Part shown: positions 60,158 to 64,000 of the stretch, piece by piece
How positions within the stretch are numbered: position 1 is the first letter of the stretch
How the letters are laid out: each line of letters starts with the position of its first letter
NCBI GenBank assembly: GCA_963850585.1
Contig: CAWKLW010000015.1
Location: 489,728 to 553,727 of the forward strand
DNA length: 64,000 nt
From: an uncultured Acidobacteriota bacterium
GTDB lineage: Bacteria > Acidobacteriota > Terriglobia > Terriglobales > Acidobacteriaceae
Direction of reading: 5' to 3'
Notes under the pieces: model-generated
The model's input: the letters and a program-made list of their open reading frames with translations, nothing else
Database searches by the model: none
What the model was told of the DNA's origin: nothing
Position numbers and translations under genes: made by a program

Positions 60158-61557
60158 TGCGGATCGCGGTGGTAGGCGGCGGAATCTCAGGGCTCGCGGC
60201 TGCCTACGCCCTGGAAGAAGAACGCCGTACTGGCGTCGCCGTCGAGTATGTTCTCTACGAATCCTCTCCGCGCCTTGGAGGCGTGCTTCGCACCGAGCAC
60301 GTTAATGGCTGCGTGGTCGAAGCGGGCCCGGATTCGTTTATTACCGAGAAACCCTGGGCTGCTGACCTTTGCCGCGCTCTCGGAATTGGCGATCAGTTGA
60401 TCGGATCAAACGACGCCGACCGCAAAACATACATTCTGACTCGAAGCCGTCTGTTCGAAATGCCGGACGGACTCATGTTCATGGTCCCGACGAAAATCCT
60501 TCCCACCGGACTCTCGCCGCTGTTTTCCTGGAAAACCAAGCTGCGGATGGCGCAGGAATTTCTGCACCCTCCGCGAGCCGCGGATCGCGATGAGTCTGTT
60601 GCCGAGTTTGTGGAGCGCCACTATGGCAGTGAGATGGTTGATCGGCTTGCCGATCCCTTGCTCTCCGGAGTGTACGGAGGAGAAGCCGCGAACTTGAGCG
60701 TTCGCGCCGTCCTGCCCCGATTCGCGGAGATGGAACGAACTCACGGCAGTTTGGGTAAGGCGATGCTGGCCGCGCGCCGCAAGATGTCATCCGGCGCTCG
60801 CAGGCCTGCGCCTCCTCTGTTCACGTCTTTGAAGAATGGAATGCAATCGCTGGCGGAAACGATAGTCTCGCGGCTTCGCCCGGACGCTCTTCTGACCAAC
60901 ACTCCAGTGCAAGCGGTGCAGCGGCAGCGCGAAGCCGGGGGCTGGACCGTTTCGGCCGGATTGAAGTCGGATCAGTTCGATGCCGTTATCGTCGCGCTTC
61001 CGGGGCCGGCTGCAGCCTCGGTGCTTCACATCACGAGTCCCGAGCTCTCCTGCGAGTTGGGCGCCATTCAATACAGTTCTTCGATCACGGTAGCACTCGG
61101 CTACGACGACCAGGTTCGGCGCTCGCTTCCGCCTGGCTTTGGATTTCTGGTCCCGCGCAGCGAAGGTAAGCGGCTGCTGGCAGCCACTTTTGTACATAAT
61201 AAGTTCCCGCACCGGGCTCCGCCAGACCGCGCTCTGCTCCGCTGTTTTTTCGCGGGAAGCAATGCGGAAAGTGTCTGGGCGTACGCAGACGACCAGATCA
61301 TCGGAATTGTGCGCAACGAACTGCAGCAGATTCTCGGGCTGCGCGCGGAGCCGCTCTTCGCACGGGTTTACAACTGGAAATCAGCGATGGCGCAGTATGG
61401 TGTCGGACATCTAGAGAGGCTTGAGCGCATCCAGCAATTGCGCCAGCAACTGCCCGGCCTCGCTTTGGCGGGAAATGCCTACCGCGGAATCGGCGTGCCC
61501 GACTGCGTCCGTTCCGGCCGCGACGCCGCAGCGGCTTTGCTCAAAGCCACAGCCTAA
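60154..61557 (+). CDS. hemY: protoporphyrinogen/coproporphyrinogen III oxidase (HemY type, FAD)
   Basis: IAVVGGGISGLAAAY is the dinucleotide fold. The ORF is 467 aa, and its start overlaps the hemE stop (ATGA). Confidence 0.85.
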   Translation: MMRIAVVGGGISGLAAAYALEEERRTGVAVEYVLYESSPRLGGVLRTEHVNGCVVEAGPDSFITEKPWAADLCRALGIGDQLIGSNDADRKTYILTRSRLFEMPDGLMFMVPTKILPTGLSPLFSWKTKLRMAQEFLHPPRAADRDESVAEFVERHYGSEMVDRLADPLLSGVYGGEAANLSVRAVLPRFAEMERTHGSLGKAMLAARRKMSSGARRPAPPLFTSLKNGMQSLAETIVSRLRPDALLTNTPVQAVQRQREAGGWTVSAGLKSDQFDAVIVALPGPAAASVLHITSPELSCELGAIQYSSSITVALGYDDQVRRSLPPGFGFLVPRSEGKRLLAATFVHNKFPHRAPPDRALLRCFFAGSNAESVWAYADDQIIGIVRNELQQILGLRAEPLFARVYNWKSAMAQYGVGHLERLERIQQLRQQLPGLALAGNAYRGIGVPDCVRSGRDAAAALLKATA

Positions 61558-62690
61558 GCGGCTTCGTGGTCTACGACAGAAAGTCCTTCTTGGCTCGCGC
61601 CTCGCTCGAGCGGCAATCTCACGGATACGACCGTTCCCACCTTCGCCGATTCGATCTCCAACGCGCCCCCGAGTTGCCGCAAGCGCTCCCGCATGCCGCG
61701 AATGCCAACTCCGGGCGTTCCCGACGTCGACATCTCTTCCAGCTTGTCGCGCGGAATCCCCTTGCCTTTGTCGGAGACTTCGACGGCAACCTGTTCGCCA
61801 ACTTGGCGCAGCTGAATTCGCGCTACCGCGCTCCCTGAATGTCGATGGATATTCGTGAGAGACTCCTGGATGACCCGGAAAATTGCAGTCTCCATCTCGG
61901 CTGGGAGCCGCCCGAAGTCCTCCGGAAGATGCAGATCGACTTTGATCCCGCTGCGCTGCGCGAAGCCATCGACGTACCAGCGAACGGCGGAGCACAGGCC
62001 GGCCTCGTCCAGCAGAGGCGGGTGAAGCAGGTGCGAGATGGTACGGACCTCGCTGCTCATCTCGCGGACGAGGTTCTCGCTGTCATTGAGCGCGGCAACG
62101 ATACCTGATAGGCGCTCGATATCGTTGCGCACCAGCGATAAATTCATTCCCAGCGCGGCCAGAGTCTGTCCCACGCTGTCGTGCAATTCGCGCGCGATAC
62201 GCCGCCGCTCATCATCCTGCAGTTGCATCAAACGCGCCGATAACTCCCGCAAGTTGCGGTTGACCACGTCCAGGTCCGCGGTGCGTTCGCGAACGCGGTC
62301 TTCGAGTTCGTCCTGCGCACGCAGCAGGCGCTCATTCTCCGCGCGCCGCCACTCTCCCATAAGAGCCACCACCACCGAGCCCGCGAGGAACACCAAGATT
62401 CCGACCCAGCGCTCAATGTTCATCGCCGTAAAAGCCTGGAGCCTGGGAACGAATCCAAAGCTGGCCGCGATCAGGCAAAGCAGGACGGAGACAATGGCGG
62501 GGCCAGCCCCGCAATACCATGCCGAAAAGGTCACCGCCAGCAACAGCACGGCGTAACACCCCGCAATGCCGACAAAATGCTGCAGGCCGGAGCACACCGC
62601 CGAAGCGAGCAGGGCCGACACCACGGCCAGCGTGTAGCGAAGGAGATTGCTGCGGGAAATTCGCGCCGACAGCGAAGAATTGGTCCCCAT
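61554..62690 (-). CDS. membrane sensor histidine kinase, HisKA_3 (NarX/LiaS-like) type
   Basis: The start is taken at MGTNSSL (62690). There are four TM segments, a coiled coil, the H-box ARELHDSVGQTL and an HATPase domain (...GVGIRGMRERL...). No cognate regulator lies in the window. The 3' end overlaps the hemY stop by 4 nt (convergent). Confidence 0.75.
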   Translation of the reverse strand: MGTNSSLSARISRSNLLRYTLAVVSALLASAVCSGLQHFVGIAGCYAVLLLAVTFSAWYCGAGPAIVSVLLCLIAASFGFVPRLQAFTAMNIERWVGILVFLAGSVVVALMGEWRRAENERLLRAQDELEDRVRERTADLDVVNRNLRELSARLMQLQDDERRRIARELHDSVGQTLAALGMNLSLVRNDIERLSGIVAALNDSENLVREMSSEVRTISHLLHPPLLDEAGLCSAVRWYVDGFAQRSGIKVDLHLPEDFGRLPAEMETAIFRVIQESLTNIHRHSGSAVARIQLRQVGEQVAVEVSDKGKGIPRDKLEEMSTSGTPGVGIRGMRERLRQLGGALEIESAKVGTVVSVRLPLERGASQEGLSVVDHEAA

Positions 62691-62934
62691 AACTCCTTTG
62701 CCAGATTGCGATCCAGCGGAAAAATAATGGTGACAGCGGGCAGAATGCGAATCGGGCTGCAACTGCCGAGGATCAGCGAGGCCAGAGTTAAGGACATGAT
62801 AACAGGAGACGAAAGGAATGGAGAACAGTTTTGGGCTCACTGAGTAGGCCAGCTGCGCTCGGCTATGCTTTCTCCGGGAGCACCCCAATCTGCTGTCCCT
62901 AGGGCTGTCTTGCTGCAGGCATTACTATGTCCGC

Positions 62935-64000
62935 ATGCCCCCTCGCCCGGAACTTCCAGATCTGCCAAAGCTAAAAATCTCTCCTCGCGGGGCGATGCGC
63001 CTCAAGACCGGGCACGTCTGGGTCTACCGTTCGGACGTCCTCTCAGCGGACGCGATTGCACCCGGCTCGCTCGTCGCCGTCACCGACCAGCGTGGGAAAC
63101 CGCTGGGCACGGCCCTATACTCCAGCACCTCGCAGATTGCGATCCGCCTGATCTCTCCCGACCCAATCGCGGACTTCCCTGCCTTGCTCCGCGAGCGCAT
63201 TGCCAACGCCATCGCCTACCGGGAGTCTCTGGTCCGCAACACCGATGCCTACCGCCTCATCTTCAGCGAAGCCGATTTTCTTCCGGGACTCATCGTCGAT
63301 CGCTACAACGATGTTCTCTCGCTGCAAATTCTCACCCAGGGCATGGACGCCAATCCCGTACGGGACACGGTCATCTCCACGCTCGCCGAACACCTGCAGC
63401 CCGCATCCATGGCGGAGCGAACCGATCCCCGGGTTCGCGAACTGGAAAGCCTCCCCCCGCGCCCTTCCGCGCTGCTCTACGGACAAAAGAGCGCGACCAC
63501 GTTCACCATGAACGGCGTCCGCTTCCAGTTCGACGCACTGGAAGGCCAGAAGACCGGCGCCTTTCTCGACCAGCGCGAAAACTACGCCGCTGCGGCCAGC
63601 TATGCCAAAGGCGAAGCGCTGGACGTTTTCTGCTACCAGGGTGGCTTCGCCCTGCATCTCGCCCCGCACTGCTCCCAGGTCACGGCCGTGGACAGTTCCC
63701 GCCCTGCCCTGGAAGTCGCCGACCAGAACGCTACCCTGAACGGCCGCGAGATCGAATGGATCGAGGCTAACGCCTTCGACCTGCTCAAGGACTATTCCTC
63801 GGCAAAGCGCCAGTACGACACCATCGTCCTCGATCCGCCGGCCTTCGCCAAGAGCAAGCGCGACCTCGACGCCGCTCTTCGCGGTTATAAGGAACTGAAC
63901 CTCCGCGCCCTGAAGATGCTCCGTCCCGGCGGCATCCTCGTGACCTGCTCCTGTTCGTATCACGTGAGTCAAAGCAGCTTCCTGGAAATGCTCGGCGCGG
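62935..64000 (+). CDS. RlmI-like PUA-domain class I SAM-dependent rRNA methyltransferase, 3' end off window
   Basis: Not in the ORF track because there is no stop. From ATG 62935 it reads MPPRPELPDLPKLKISPRGAMRLKTGHVWVYRSDV...LPGLIVDRYNDVLSLQILTQGMD...QKTGAFLDQRENY...ALDVFCYQGGFALH...TIVLDPPAFAKSK...LVTCSCS. Confidence 0.7.
   Translation, partial: MPPRPELPDLPKLKISPRGAMRLKTGHVWVYRSDVLSADAIAPGSLVAVTDQRGKPLGTALYSSTSQIAIRLISPDPIADFPALLRERIANAIAYRESLVRNTDAYRLIFSEADFLPGLIVDRYNDVLSLQILTQGMDANPVRDTVISTLAEHLQPASMAERTDPRVRELESLPPRPSALLYGQKSATTFTMNGVRFQFDALEGQKTGAFLDQRENYAAAASYAKGEALDVFCYQGGFALHLAPHCSQVTAVDSSRPALEVADQNATLNGREIEWIEANAFDLLKDYSSAKRQYDTIVLDPPAFAKSKRDLDAALRGYKELNLRALKMLRPGGILVTCSCSYHVSQSSFLEMLGA

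Noticed and set aside
63115-63972. 285-aa - strand ORF, and the 301-aa + ORF at 62865-63770
   Set aside because: The third frame, starting at ATG 62935, encodes a recognisable PUA plus SAM-methyltransferase (RlmI-like) protein that runs off the window. The listed ORFs are Pro/Arg/Gly-rich shadows.

Overview
GC-rich chromosomal segment. The gene content points to an Acidobacteriota-like soil bacterium: CarboxypepD_reg-type TonB-dependent receptors, a TIGR03118-like protein, a PSCyt1-type haem domain, and GxxExxY genes with REP-like hairpins. That assignment is an inference, not a search result.

Most of the window is ordinary core metabolism:
- polA
- ispD / ispF, split by an inserted GxxExxY gene
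- a YacL-like PIN/TRAM protein
- cysE-cysK
- amtB-glnK-glnD
- hemE-hemY
- a sugar module (fucose-isomerase-family enzyme plus a sodium:solute symporter)
- a CDP-alcohol phosphatidyltransferase plus GtrA pair

There is one RNA gene, tRNA-Pro(GGG). I saw no rRNA and no CRISPR array.

Three things stand out.
1. A roughly 2.2-kb decayed integrative element sits in the 3' half of tRNA-Pro. It is bounded by a 48-bp direct repeat with one mismatch.
2. At 40375-45346 there is a four-gene, translationally coupled operon. It encodes an orphan 4x[4Fe-4S] protein, an NrfD-type membrane subunit, a sensor kinase with c-haem motifs in its periplasmic loop, and a sigma-54 activator. Two near-identical 14-bp palindromes lie upstream, and a membrane-anchored GcvH-like gene is divergent. 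This is my best candidate for an undescribed redox-sensing system.
3. Many reading frames are broken by single-base indels, and the breaks cluster in blocks: about 900-7400, 9650-11100, 31235-36000 and 51430-53950. Long neighbouring genes are intact. At the four junctions I rebuilt by eye, the change is one base in a short G or C run. That pattern suggests consensus or assembly error rather than gene decay, but I cannot prove it from sequence alone.

Frameshift positions are eyeballed to about +/-15 nt. No computation or database search was run.
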